From NCBI RefSeq assembly GCF_006345805.1, contig NC_043005.1, positions 17,422,001 through 17,486,000 of the forward strand: a stretch of DNA of 64,000 nt. Reading direction: 5' to 3'. This DNA comes from Octopus sinensis. Its lineage: Eukaryota. Shown piece after piece: positions 35,442 to 47,399 of this stretch. Numbering within the stretch: position 1 is the stretch's first letter; every line of letters starts with the position of its first letter. The notes beneath the pieces were generated by a model. That model made no database searches, had not been told where the DNA came from, and saw nothing but the letters and a program-made list of their open reading frames with translations. The translations under genes and the position numbers were made by a program.

Positions 35442-35900
35442 TACAAAATTAGAAAATGGAGAAACATACTTAAATCAATAAAACATCAACTATCAGATGA
35501 TACCCAATCAATACTTTATTACACCATTACATATCAGTAAAGGCATTATACAAAATATACAGTAAATGTATATAGACAAGGAAATATACTTTGATACTTT
35601 GATACTTTGATAGGTTTCGGCCATTATTGGCCCAGGCCATGTCTAACTTAATAGCACCAAAATTTCAAATATAATATGTAATTAAATCATATCTGACAGC
35701 TGTTTCGGCAGCAAGGGCAGTCATACCTCATTTAACCTATAAGTCATAAAGGCAGGTATAAATGAGGCATTAACAAGGATGCCCCACGGCCTCTTCAGAG
35801 AATTAAATTTGTTATAATTGTGAAAAAATTATTTTTCCATATACATATAAATATAAAAATATAAAAATGTAAAATATAAAAACTTATGCATAAACTTCAT
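35440..35900 (-). mobile_element. Putative PLE terminal-repeat fragment (AT-rich, hammerhead-bearing)
   Basis: Contains a complete hammerhead fold and a second half-motif; no ORF attached, so the PLE assignment is inferred. Confidence 0.45.
35692..35801 (-). ncRNA. Type I hammerhead with canonical core and 85-nt helix II
   Basis: TCT-CTGAAGA-GGC..[85-nt imperfect hairpin]..GCC-GAAA-CAGCTG-TC-AGA; palindromic helix III ACAGCTGT, GUC triplet. Confidence 0.75.
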
Positions 35901-36136
35901 AATGCTACACATATATAATATAATACTCATTGGTACAATAATGCAAGGTAAACAAAACAAAAGAAAACAAAATATATATCAGTGTATATATTAATATTAA
36001 TAAGCACAGTTATTATACATATTTGGCTAATAGTTTTAAAAAACTAACACATAGGGAGATGAAAAATAATAATTAAAACCATGGTTCAGTTCATAAAATT
36101 ATAAAGCTATAAAAGTCAATAAAAATTAGTATTAAT

Positions 36137-36176
<40 letters not shown>

Positions 36177-36409
36177 TAATAATATAATAATAATAATAAT
36201 AATAATAATAGATACAGTTATGTTTGCACCAAGTCCATCCTAACAAGATCGAAATAACTATGAGTTTAGAAATTCTGACCACTAGGTAATGATTATTTTA
36301 GATTAATTCGATTGGCTAGTAGTTAGAAATTTGAAAAATTTCTTTTGTGATTCAAATATATATACTCTTTTATATATACTCTTTTATATATACTCAAATA
36401 TATATACTC

Positions 36410-36640
36410 TTTTATTCTTTTGCATATTTCAGTAATTTGACTGCGGCCATGTTGGGGCACTGCGATGAAGGGTTTTTTTTTAACTGAATAAATCGACCCC
36501 AGGACTTATTTCTTAAGCGTAGTACTTATTCTAGCGGTCTCATTTACCAAAACGCTAAGTTACGGGGACGTAAACACACCAACACCAGTTGTCAAGCGGT
36601 GATGCCGGGACAAAGACACACACACACACACACACCACAC
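36410..36640 (-). mobile_element. SINE family A, 3' half
   Basis: GACTGCGGCCATGTTGGGGCAC..GTTGTCAAGCGGTGATG. Confidence 0.8.
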
Positions 36641-36642
36641 AC

Positions 36643-36733
<91 letters not shown>

Positions 36734-36734
36734 C

Positions 36735-36832
<98 letters not shown>

Positions 36833-36862
36833 GTAGATAGATAGATAGATAGATAGATAGAT
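36643..36862 (+). repeat. (GATA)n microsatellite
   Basis: Direct reading. Confidence 0.98.
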
Positions 36863-37367
36863 TTTGCGGGGAACGTAGACGGAAGACAGTCTAGCCATTC
36901 AGAAATGCACAAAGACCGTTAACTCCACTTAAACATGTATTTGCAATATGGCAACAAAATTTTTGTCGTTCGAAACAGCGACCTGGTTTGCTAATTAAAA
37001 AGTGTGTTTTGTCAGTGAACAGGTTGCTATTTTTGAGCGACGAAAAATTTGACACCATATTACAAACAAATCTTTAAGTGAAGTTAAAGTTAACGGTCTT
37101 TGTGCATTTCTGAATGGCTAACTTCAGTCTTCCACGCTGCAATGATTTATATATATATATATATATATAATACAAATAAGAAAATAGAGAAACAAATTTG
37201 GTTTGTTCACCAACTTACGGATATTATAATGTTGGATTATTTATTCATTTTACAAATGAGAACATCAAAAGCATACAAAAATATTATATAAATCAATAGA
37301 TAAGATAATAATACAAATACAGATAATATCTCATAGCGGGTTACACCCATAACCCCTATCTTACTTT

Positions 37368-37400
<33 letters not shown>

Positions 37401-37402
<2 letters not shown>

Positions 37403-37690
37403 TCAGGTTGTGAGTTCGAATCCTGGACCGGGCTGCGTGTTGTGTTCTTGAGCAAGACACTTTATTTCACGTTGCTCCAGTTCACTCAAGTGTAGAAATG
37501 AGTTGCGACGTCACAGGTTCCAAGCTGTATCGACCTTTGTCTTTCCCTTGGATAACACTGGTGGCGTGGAGAGGGGAAGCCGGTATGTATGGACGACTGC
37601 TGGTCTTCCATAAACAACCTTGCCTGGGACTTGTTCCTGGAGGGTAACTTTCTAGGTGCAATCCCATGGTAGTCATGACCGAAGGGGGTT
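37401..37690 (+). mobile_element. CORE-like SINE (family D), 5'-truncated
   Basis: GAGTTCGAATCC B box, then TGTGTTCTTGAGCAAGACACTTTATTTCACGTTGCTCCAG..GTAGAAATGAGT. Confidence 0.7.
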
Positions 37691-37696
37691 TCTAGC

Positions 37697-37743
<47 letters not shown>

Positions 37744-38241
37744 CATATATACAATTGTGTGTATGTATGTATGTATGTATGTATGTATGTATGTATGTAT
37801 GTATGTATGTATGTATGTATGTATGTAGAAAACAAAGTTATTTTATTCCACGCGGGTAGAAATATAAGAAAAATGGAAGTTGAAAATGCACTGTCAATAG
37901 TTACAATATTTCTTATTATCAAATTTAAAGCTTTAACCGGTTTCACAGTTTACATTGGTTTTCAAAAATTTGAAATCGAAAGAAGTGGATTATGTCACAG
38001 CTGTTTTGCTTCTGACTAGTATTTCATGCTTGCCTTATTTTTGTAGGGAGTTCATGGCTCAAATTAGTATATGCTTTGAATAAGTTTTGATTGGTAGAGA
38101 TTAGTCACATGACTAGTCTTAGACATTTTTGTAGGTTCCCTGCTACGCCAGTGTGTTTGTATGAAAGTATTCTTTTTGTTTATCTGAGCTTCATCAGTGG
38201 TATTCACTGAACAAAGTGAGAAGAGCTGGAATTTAGGAGAC

Positions 38242-38478
38242 TTATTTTTTTGTACAGTGGAATCTGTCTAGTACTGGGGTCTCGTATTTGTTGTCGGTGA
38301 TCAATCTGTTTCTTAGAGTAAGCTTTGTTTGACTTATGTAATCTTCATTACATCCTTGACATTTGATAGCGTATATTAAATTCCTTGAAGAACATGTAAA
38401 GAAATTTTTTACGGTTAAAATCTGTCCTAATTTGAATTTGTACAAAAGTACAAACCCAGACTTAACAAACTTTAACAA
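38242..38478 (-). pseudogene. PLE GIY-YIG endonuclease fragment
   Basis: FTCSSRNLIYAIKCQGCNEDYISQTKLTLRNR, parallel to 17879 and 61484. Confidence 0.7.
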
Positions 38479-39036
38479 AGTTCATGCACAAATAACTATT
38501 CACATCCAAAACTCATACTGACACTTAACATGAGGAACCTACACAACTAACTACCTAAACTTTAGCCACTGGACATACAAACGACTCCTGTCTACTCTCC
38601 AACCGGAGATTAAATTTGGAGTACCTTGATTGTAACTGAACATGTTCACACAACCGTGTCAGCTTTCATTTTAGGCGCAAAATTTACTGCCACGTAACAC
38701 TAACGTAGCGGGAAACATACAGCCGATCCGAAGTTTAATCACGTGTTCAATCTCTACAAACACTTGACAGAAAGCTTTCAGAAAACTTGACTGTTTAGTG
38801 CTACCACTAGACTTGTTCAGTCAACCGTGTCAGCCTTAACTTACGACGCCAAACACTGTCACTTGATACTAAAACACGGACTAGCGGGAAAGTAGTCATA
38901 TGACTATCCTCTACCAATCAAAACCTATTCAAGACATACTGATTTGAACTATGAACTCCCTATAAAAACAGACCAAACTTCAAACACTAGACAGAAGCAA
39001 AACAGCTGTGACATAAGCCACGTCTTTCTATTTCAA

Positions 39037-39075
39037 ATTTTTGAAAATCAGTGTAAGCTGTGAAACCGGTTAAAT
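39037..39075 (+). ncRNA. Hammerhead-like motif, UUGAAAA (U3-A8) core, decayed; inverted copy at 37931-37969
   Basis: ATTT-TTGAAAA-T-CAG-TGTAAG-CTG-T-GAAA-CCGG-TT-AAAT. Confidence 0.4.
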
Positions 39076-39354
39076 CTTTAAATACGATAATAAAAAATAT
39101 TTTAACTATTCCCAGTGCATTTTCAACTTCTATTTTTTCCTATATAGATGTCCTATTGGAGTAAAAAAAATCGCAGTAGACTCCGCTTGAACGGACAGCC
39201 ATATTAAAGTGACTACGAATATTACTTGTTAGTACAACTATTGCGTTGATCTCTTAGAGAGACTTCAGAACTAGCATTTTTGCTTGTGACAAAATCAGCG
39301 ACTGTGTGTTCGCTTGAAATATATATATATATATATATTGCGTGCAGAGGCGGG

Positions 39355-39560
39355 CAGCTATCATCTCTAGCAGACGAGGTGTCCAGTACTGAGGAGTGGC
39401 AGAAATAACATAAAGCCACGACTGGTCTACTGGTCCCGTCGCTAGGAGATGGTAGGGGTTCGCTCCCTTGTTCCCAATTTCATCGGACGCAGCTGTGCAT
39501 CGTTAACCAGCTTGAGATGTAGTAGAATCCGCTCGAACAGACGGCCATGTTAAAGTGGCT

Positions 39561-39567
<7 letters not shown>
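39355..39567 (+). mobile_element. Unclassified structured repeat (family E); other copies at 40790-40990 (-) and a tail at 39147-39228
   Basis: Two copies match over ~165 nt with few differences, and both start at GCAGCTATCATC. Confidence 0.75.
39358..39455 (+). ncRNA. Hammerhead-like fold with ~25-bp helix I, CUGAGGA core, GAAA contracted to GA
   Basis: CCAGTA-CTGAGGA-GTGGC-(14 nt)-GCCAC-GA-CTGG-TC-TACTGG; helix I extends via GACG/CGTC, TAGC/GCTA, CATCTC/GAGATG and CTAT/GTAG. Confidence 0.55.
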
Positions 39568-39595
<28 letters not shown>

Positions 39596-39724
39596 GATAG
39601 GAAAGCATCCTTTTTCTGCCGAGACCCTTTATTAGACTGTTTTCCTTAGTCAATGCACGGTGATCGCCATAAGCTTTAAGCTTTAACCTTATATTAAAAT
39701 ACCATTATAATATATATATATATA

Positions 39725-40201
39725 TGTAGTGACGCTATCCAACAGCGCGCGCGCGCAACGCCCTCTCGCGCATACGCGAAGACCGGAAGAGGGAATTTGC
39801 TGATGTGGCGTTAGCTGATTAGGCGAAGGGAAGGTGAACCTTAAAAAGACAGAGAGAGATATAGCAGCAGTCAGCAGTAAGCAGGGACTTGAGGCACAGC
39901 GATCGAAGGTTGCAGACCGTATTTCTCTTCGCTCCCTAGGACGCCATTATGACCAGTTCTGTTTGCAGTTGAACTTGTGAAATCTTACAGCGTTAAAGTT
40001 CAGCCTTGCACATCCAGAACCAAGGGATACCAGATACACCACTTATTTCGTTCTGTGGATAAGACAATAAAGAGTATATATATTTTTACGTTTGCGTCTT
40101 GAGTTTTCTGACTGGTAGAATCTGGAAAGTAAAGCAACGGAAATTGTGATTGCACCAGTTCCACCCTAAAGTGCAAAAAAGCTACACTCATTCCCGTTAC
40201 A
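39725..40201 (+). mobile_element. Solo LTR (477 bp) inserted in (TA)n
   Basis: TGTAGTGACG...CCCGTTACA termini (TG..CA, TGTA inverted), AATAAA at ~40067, (TA)n on both sides. Confidence 0.65.
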
Positions 40202-40888
40202 TATATATATATATTTGAAAGTCTTTCTGAAAATTGTTTAATACACCTTTGAAGTACAAAGAGTATTTTTTTTTAATCGTTTATCGGAATGTTACTAACA
40301 TTTTTTTTTGAAGAAGAAGAAGTCTTTTCCGTAGAGTGTGCGAGCGCTTTCGATAAAAGCTGTCTGTATATATGTCCACCATATATATTCAGAAACTAGA
40401 AATGAGCATCCCCAAACTATATGTTATTTTCCAACTCTCAGGAATGATTTCTAAAAAAAACAGGTTAAGTAAAATCAACCAAATCCCCTTCGAACTTGAG
40501 AATAAGACATTTGGCACAGCCGCTTTGGCGCCGCCTATTTTGCGTCGCTGGTTAGACGCTGACTTTTCTGACATCAAATATTTTAATGCATCCCACATAT
40601 TAAGAGTCCTCTCGTTCTCGCCCTCTCTCCTTCTCTGTTTATGTGCATGTTTCTCTATAAGTACTAAGCGAGAGAAAATGTTTGTATCCATCGTGTTCAA
40701 TTTTTAAAAAATTATGTACAGTATATTTTTGTGCGTATTTTAGCAATATGTGTAAATGAATGTAACTTAAAACGACACTAGAAGGATATGACTCTACTGC
40801 GCTTTTTTAACCCCAAGAGGACATCTCCTCAAGCTGGTTAACGATGCACGGCTGCATCCGATAAAATTGGGAGCAGGGGAACGAACCC

Positions 40889-40986
40889 CTACCATCTCCT
40901 AGCGACGGGACCAGTAGACCAGTCGTGGCTTTAGGTTATTTCTGCCACTCCTCAGTACTGGACACCTCGTCTGCTAGAGATGATAG
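40889..40986 (-). ncRNA. Second copy of the GA-contracted hammerhead-like fold
   Basis: Same helices and the same GCCAC-GA-CTGGTC; loop II is AGAAATAACCTAAA. Confidence 0.55.
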
Positions 40987-40990
40987 CTGC

Positions 40991-41291
40991 TCTTTTCAAG
41001 CCTAGCTAGGCTCATGGGCCCGGTTTCCCGGTTTCTGTGGCGTATGTGTTCCCCCCAGCTGGACGGGACGCCAGTCCATCACAGCGTTACTCAAGAAACA
41101 GGGAGAGAGAGAGTGAGAGAAATTTGAGGCGAAAGAGTACAATAGGGATCGCCACCACCCCCTGCCAGAACCTCGTGGAGCTTTCAGGTATTTTCGCTCA
41201 ATAAACACACACAACGCCCGGTCTGGGAATCGAAACCGCGATCCTCCGACCGCGAGTCCGTTACCCTAACCACTGGGCCATTGCACCTCCA
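40991..41291 (-). mobile_element. SINE family B head with a third tail type
   Basis: Family B head; tail GATGGACTGGCGTCCCGTCCAGC..AAACCGGGCCCATGAG. Confidence 0.8.
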
Positions 41292-41642
41292 CCTATCGAA
41301 TATCTACAAACTGGAAACCGATGAGAATCCAAACAACACCTTTGTGTATGTTAAGCCCATTGGCCCTTATTCAAGAGTCAAGTGGTTCTGTTTGTATCTA
41401 CATTAAAGTCTCGTAATTTTATTTCTAAAACGAACGAAAGATTAGGAATACAAACTACTTATGAGATTAAAACTGTTATTCAAATAGAAACGCACAAGCA
41501 CAGTAGAATTCCAATCAATAGAGCGTGGTGTCAACGTTAAAGGTGCGAAATTTTAATGATCTTTGGGAGGTTAACTGATGAAGAGTAAGCTATGAATTTT
41601 CTGTTTGTTTTTGTTGTATCAGTGGCGATATTGTCTGAATAG

Positions 41643-42006
41643 TGGAGGCGCAATGGCCCAGTGGTTAGGGCAGCGGTCATAGGATCGCGGTTTCGATTCC
41701 CAGACCGAGTGTTTATTGAGCGAAAACACCTAAAGCTCCACTAGGCTCCGGCAGGGATGGTGGGGATCCCTGCTGTACTCTTTCACCACAACTTTCTCTC
41801 ACTCTTACTTCCTGTTTCTGTTGTACCTTGTATTTCAAGGGCCGGCCTTGTCACTCTCTGTCCACGCTGAATATCCCCGAGATTACGTTAAGGGTACACG
41901 TGTCTGTGGAGTGCTCAGCCACTTACACGTTAATTTCACGAGCAGGCTGTTCCGTTGATTCGGATCAACCGGAACCCTCGTCGTCGTAACCGACGGAGTG
42001 CTTCCA
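41643..42006 (+). mobile_element. SINE family B with small deletions
   Basis: Matches 29999-30381. Confidence 0.85.
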
Positions 42007-42239
42007 TTGTCCGAATCCTCGTCGCCACTGTTGTGTCCCATGATGACAATGTATTTCGTCGTCTCTGCGAGACTGGTCCGAACGACGTACCCTCGCCGAC
42101 CGACTCTACTCAGTGTGTTAGTCCATCATTTATTAGTAGTGGACCAGCCCACTTCTCACAAGGGGGCGTCCGCCACAACAGTTATGTGTTTGTAAAATTT
42201 TGTCGTGTTTTTGTAAAATTTTGAAAAACAAATATATCT

Positions 42240-43380
<1,141 letters not shown>

Positions 43381-43734
43381 CTCAGTTTTTAATTTCATAC
43401 AATAAAATACAAGCAACCATCACACCGAGCCCAACAAAGATTGTATTTCAAGTTATTAATTTATAACAACACTAATCTCTTGTAAAGTAAAGAGCAAAGA
43501 GCTACGCAGCTAACGTGTCATATAATCATATTTGCTTAAAGGTCAACTCACTCAAATATATGTGATATTACCTGGAAACCGCAACAAGATTTTCTCGGTT
43601 TATTCACCTAGCAACATGAAACCGTTAGATAGCACGTACGCTGCAGAAGACGCGGTGTCAAGCTCTTTATCATCCATTCATACTTTTCCGTGTGTGATTG
43701 TGTGACGGTGTACTCTTTTGTATTTCGTCTGCAT

Positions 43735-44300
43735 TACGTTGTGAGTTCAAATTCCGCCGAGGTCGACTTTGCCTTTCATCCTTTCGGGGTCGATAAATTA
43801 AGCACCAGTTACGCACTGGGGTCGATGTTATCGACTTAATACCTATGTCTGTCCTTGTTTGTCCCCTCTATGTTTAGCCCCTTGAGGGTAATAAAGAAAT
43901 AGGTGTACTCGTCCCGGGGTCGAGTTGCTCGATTAAAGGCGGTGCTCCAGCATGGCCGCGGTCAAATGACTGAAACAAGTAAAAGAGTAAAAGAGAGTAA
44001 AAGAGTACACCTATTTCTCTACTACCCACAAGTGTTTAGCCCCTTGTGGGTAGTAGAGAAATAGGTGTACTCTTTTACTCTCTTTTACTCTTTTACTTGT
44101 TTCAGTTATTTGACTGCGGCCATGCTGGAGCACCGCCTTTAATAGAGCAACTCGACCCCTGGACTTATTCTTTTGTAAGTCCAGTACTCATTCTATCGGT
44201 CTCTTTTGCCGAACCGCTAAGTAACGGGGACGTAAACACACCAGCATCGGTTGTTAAGCAATACTAGGGGGACAAACACAGACACACAAACACACACGCC
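43735..44300. mobile_element. Cluster of SINE C body (+), SINE A tail (+) and SINE A 3' half (-)
   Basis: Sequence matches to families C and A. Confidence 0.75.
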
Positions 44301-44308
44301 AATATATG

Positions 44309-44420
<112 letters not shown>

Positions 44421-44433
44421 CATATATATATTA

Positions 44434-46010
44434 AAACTTAGTTTATGGACTAATTCATTTGAAGTAGTTGACTGGTTTAGGTCTATTAACAGTAAGGTGA
44501 GTACAAAGTTTATCCAGTTTGATATTTCCAATTTTTATTCATCTATTATCCAATAGTACTTAATAAGGCACTTTGGCTTGCTCATAACAAAGCTGGTCTC
44601 ACCCGAGAAGAAATCAATGTGGTTTGGCAGCCAGAAGATCTATTATTAAATTTGATGATAAGTTGTGGGTCCGTAAAGACACCCCAGATAGTTTCGATAT
44701 ACCAATGGGAAGTTCTGATTCAGCACAGATAGCTGATTTGGTCTATATATATATTCTTTTTGAAATGGTTGAAGAGTTCCCTAACATTTATGGAGGTCTA
44801 TATCGTGATGATTGTTTACTTTACCTCCAAAATGTTTCCAACCAAAAGGTACAAAAAGTTAAGAATAGTTTAGTTAATTTTTTCAGTAGAATGGGCTTAA
44901 AAAATCGTTTTTGATGACGATCTGACGAAGGCCAACTTTTTAGATATTACGCTTAATTTACACAGTGACTCTTACTTCCCATATCATAAACCCTTGACCA
45001 ATCTTAAGTACATTAGCAAATTTAGTAATCATCCTGGAGCAATTACTAAGAATTTAGTTAAGAATATTTCATTTAGATTATCTAAATTATCTGCTAATGT
45101 TGATATTTTCAATAATAACGCTGAATTCTATAATTCTGCCTTAATCAAAGCAGGTTATACAGAAAAAAATTTTCTACATTAATTCTGCTCAGTCTAATTG
45201 TAAATTCAATAATGTAGATAAGATTTCTAGTCGTAAAAGAATTATTGATAACAAACATAACTTACGCACCGATACAAAGCGAATGAAGGCAGATAACCCT
45301 TATTTAATCCCTATTATAGATCTAAAAGTAATATAACACCTTCAAAAATAATTACGCTATGAATACTAGTAAAAATATTTGGTTAATAATCCCTTACGGG
45401 AGACAAATTAAATCTAATCTGCCCCCAGCTGTTTCGCCAAGCTTTTGCTTGGAATTTTCCAAACAATTCTAGATATTACTCTATAATTAATTCACATAAG
45501 GTTAGGATAGGTTTTTCAAACACAAAAAATCTCTTGCAAATTATATCTTCTCATAATAACAAACTGTTAAATATTAATACATTTACTAATACTAACATTA
45601 ATTTAGCTAATACCATCCAACACTCTAGAAATATTAATAACAAGGTTATTGTATCTGAAGTCAATTCCAATAGAATTAAGTTTATGTCAAGTAACTCTAA
45701 GGTTAAAAATTCTATATACCAGTGTATAATCAGTACTCGTATAAAGTACGATTTTACATTGGGAGCACATCGTTAGAGTTATCTAAAAGAATTTCTATCC
45801 ATTACTCAACATTTAGGGATAGAAATAAACGGAATAGTACCGGTCTCAGCAAACTGATTTGGGATTTAAAAGACCACAATGAACAATTTCATTTAGAATG
45901 GTTTGATCCCTCAATTTCGATACCATATGACAAAGGCAAGAAATTCTGTCTTCTCTGCAATTCTGAGCTATTTTTCATTATTTTTTCTAAAAATACTCTA
46001 GTAACACGGT
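44434..46010 (+). pseudogene. PLE RT + GIY-YIG, frameshifted
   Basis: FIQFDISNFY, FDIPMGSSDSAQIADLV, GLYRDD, NFLDITLNL, YISKFSNHP, YIGST..RISIHYSTF..TGLSKLIWDLK, CLLC. Confidence 0.85.
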
Positions 46011-46270
46011 ATAGAGCGAGCATACAGATGTAAGCATTGGCAAAAACATACATTTAGTGCATATAAGTAGTCTCTATCATTATATATAATTTAAACTTTA
46101 ATTTCCTTTATATTTAACATTCACTATTAATATCCCTACTCTTTCTGTTAGCTACTTATGACGTTATATCATATAACGTTTTTTAAACAATATTAATAGC
46201 GTTCTGTCTATCGCTATACAAATCCATCATTTTTTGCTAAAATGTCGTATTGACGAGTTTCGTTTTTTTC

Positions 46271-46356
46271 ACTTTCCCGAAGAGAAGATTGCATTGTTTA
46301 TACCATTTATTCTTTTGAATAGTATCAGTGGAATTTTCGAAACATGTGTCGAAAGT
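46271..46356 (+). ncRNA. Type I hammerhead, CCGAAGA core, 55-nt helix II, GUC triplet
   Basis: ACTTTC-CCGAAGA-GAAGA..TTTTC-GAAA-CATGTG-TC-GAAAGT; perfect 6-bp helix I. Confidence 0.8.
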
Positions 46357-46724
46357 AAAAATATTTGTTTACGCCTGCGTTAACTTCATTTTTTATTCAT
46401 ATTATTCAAATATTCAACGTAAACACGAAGTTTCTACCTTTATAAACAAGTTACAACACCTTTACTTGTGAGATTTTTGCTGCCCTGGTAACTATTTATT
46501 TATTTTTCCGTGTACTTGGGTGTTTCTCTAGGCCTCGTCAGAGATTATAAAGTACATAATGTTAAGTTATAAATAAATATAAATATAAAATAAATAAAAA
46601 TACATATATTTATAGATGGGTAAACAAAGAATCGCACACACTGTATGGAAAACGAAACTCGGGAGTCGAGTGTGTGGTGTTGTTTTGTATTTATGATAAA
46701 ATGAATATATACAAATTATAATAA

Positions 46725-47080
46725 TAACAAGAGCACTCAGAGAGTGCAAACCTCTGCCAAGACAACACCAACATCCTCTCAACGATTAGCCGGAGTTGAT
46801 TTTTAAAATGAGAATATCTCACAAACGAAAATACAAAAAATGAACCGGACCGGTCTCAAATTTTAAGTTAAAAAACCGGAAAAATAATCTGAAACCCTTG
46901 TCCGGTACCAGATCGCTCCCAAAATCTAATCGTTCCGTGCCAGTCACGAGGTCAAGCATCCCTGAAAGATTCATCCTAATCCATCCAGCGGTTCTTGAGA
47001 TATCGTGTCCACAGACACACAAACATACAAACAAATATGACTGAAAACAATACTTTTGCCTTCGCTAAGGCGGAAGTAAT
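46725..47080 (+). mobile_element. Helentron-associated (HINE/DINE-like) non-autonomous element
   Basis: AACAAGAGCACTCAGAGAGTGCAAACCTCTGCCAAG start, ACAG/ACAA tract, 3' stem-loop GCCTTCGCTAAGGCGGAAGTAA; class recalled from similar families. Confidence 0.5.
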
Positions 47081-47399
47081 AAACTATAAGAGGCAAAGTA
47101 ACAGTAAGACAAAGGCTATATACAATACTAAATTATAGGACTAGGTATCATGGATACAGCTGAAATAGCAAGGCTATAAGATATGATTGTTAAATAGTCT
47201 GGCAGAGTAAATTTCACACGTACGACAGGAAGGCGATGACACAAAAATAAGATCAAATAAAACCAAGGCAAAACAAACGCAACAAAAAAAATGGAAATGA
47301 AAATGAGAAAATAAAGGAATGGATAACCACGATAACACAACCACGTCTCATCATTTAGCCTTAGGGTGGGTGGTAGTGGCGAATAATTGTAGGGGTCAT

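Larger units (their letters stand above)
37862..39146 (-). mobile_element. Decayed PLE with ~255-bp inverted terminal arms
   Basis: 37862-38116 is an imperfect reverse complement of 38891-39146; a GIY-YIG remnant lies between them. Confidence 0.6.
44434..46430 (+). mobile_element. 5'-truncated Penelope-like element of a second clade (Naiad-like, tentative)
   Basis: RT and GIY-YIG remnants followed by an AT-rich UTR containing a complete hammerhead fold. Confidence 0.85.

Noticed and set aside
35605-35640. GGCCA-ATAA-TGGCC-GAAA-CC-TA half-motif (minus)
   Set aside because: No CUGANGA upstream; only the 3' half is present.
38160-38195. CTGATGAAGCTC downstream of the GIY-YIG remnant
   Set aside because: The partner strand and GAAA are missing; noted only as possible decay.
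46503-46552. CTGACGAGGCC..GAAAC on the minus strand as a hammerhead
   Set aside because: Helix II and helix I do not pair; at most a deleted relative of the 35692 type.
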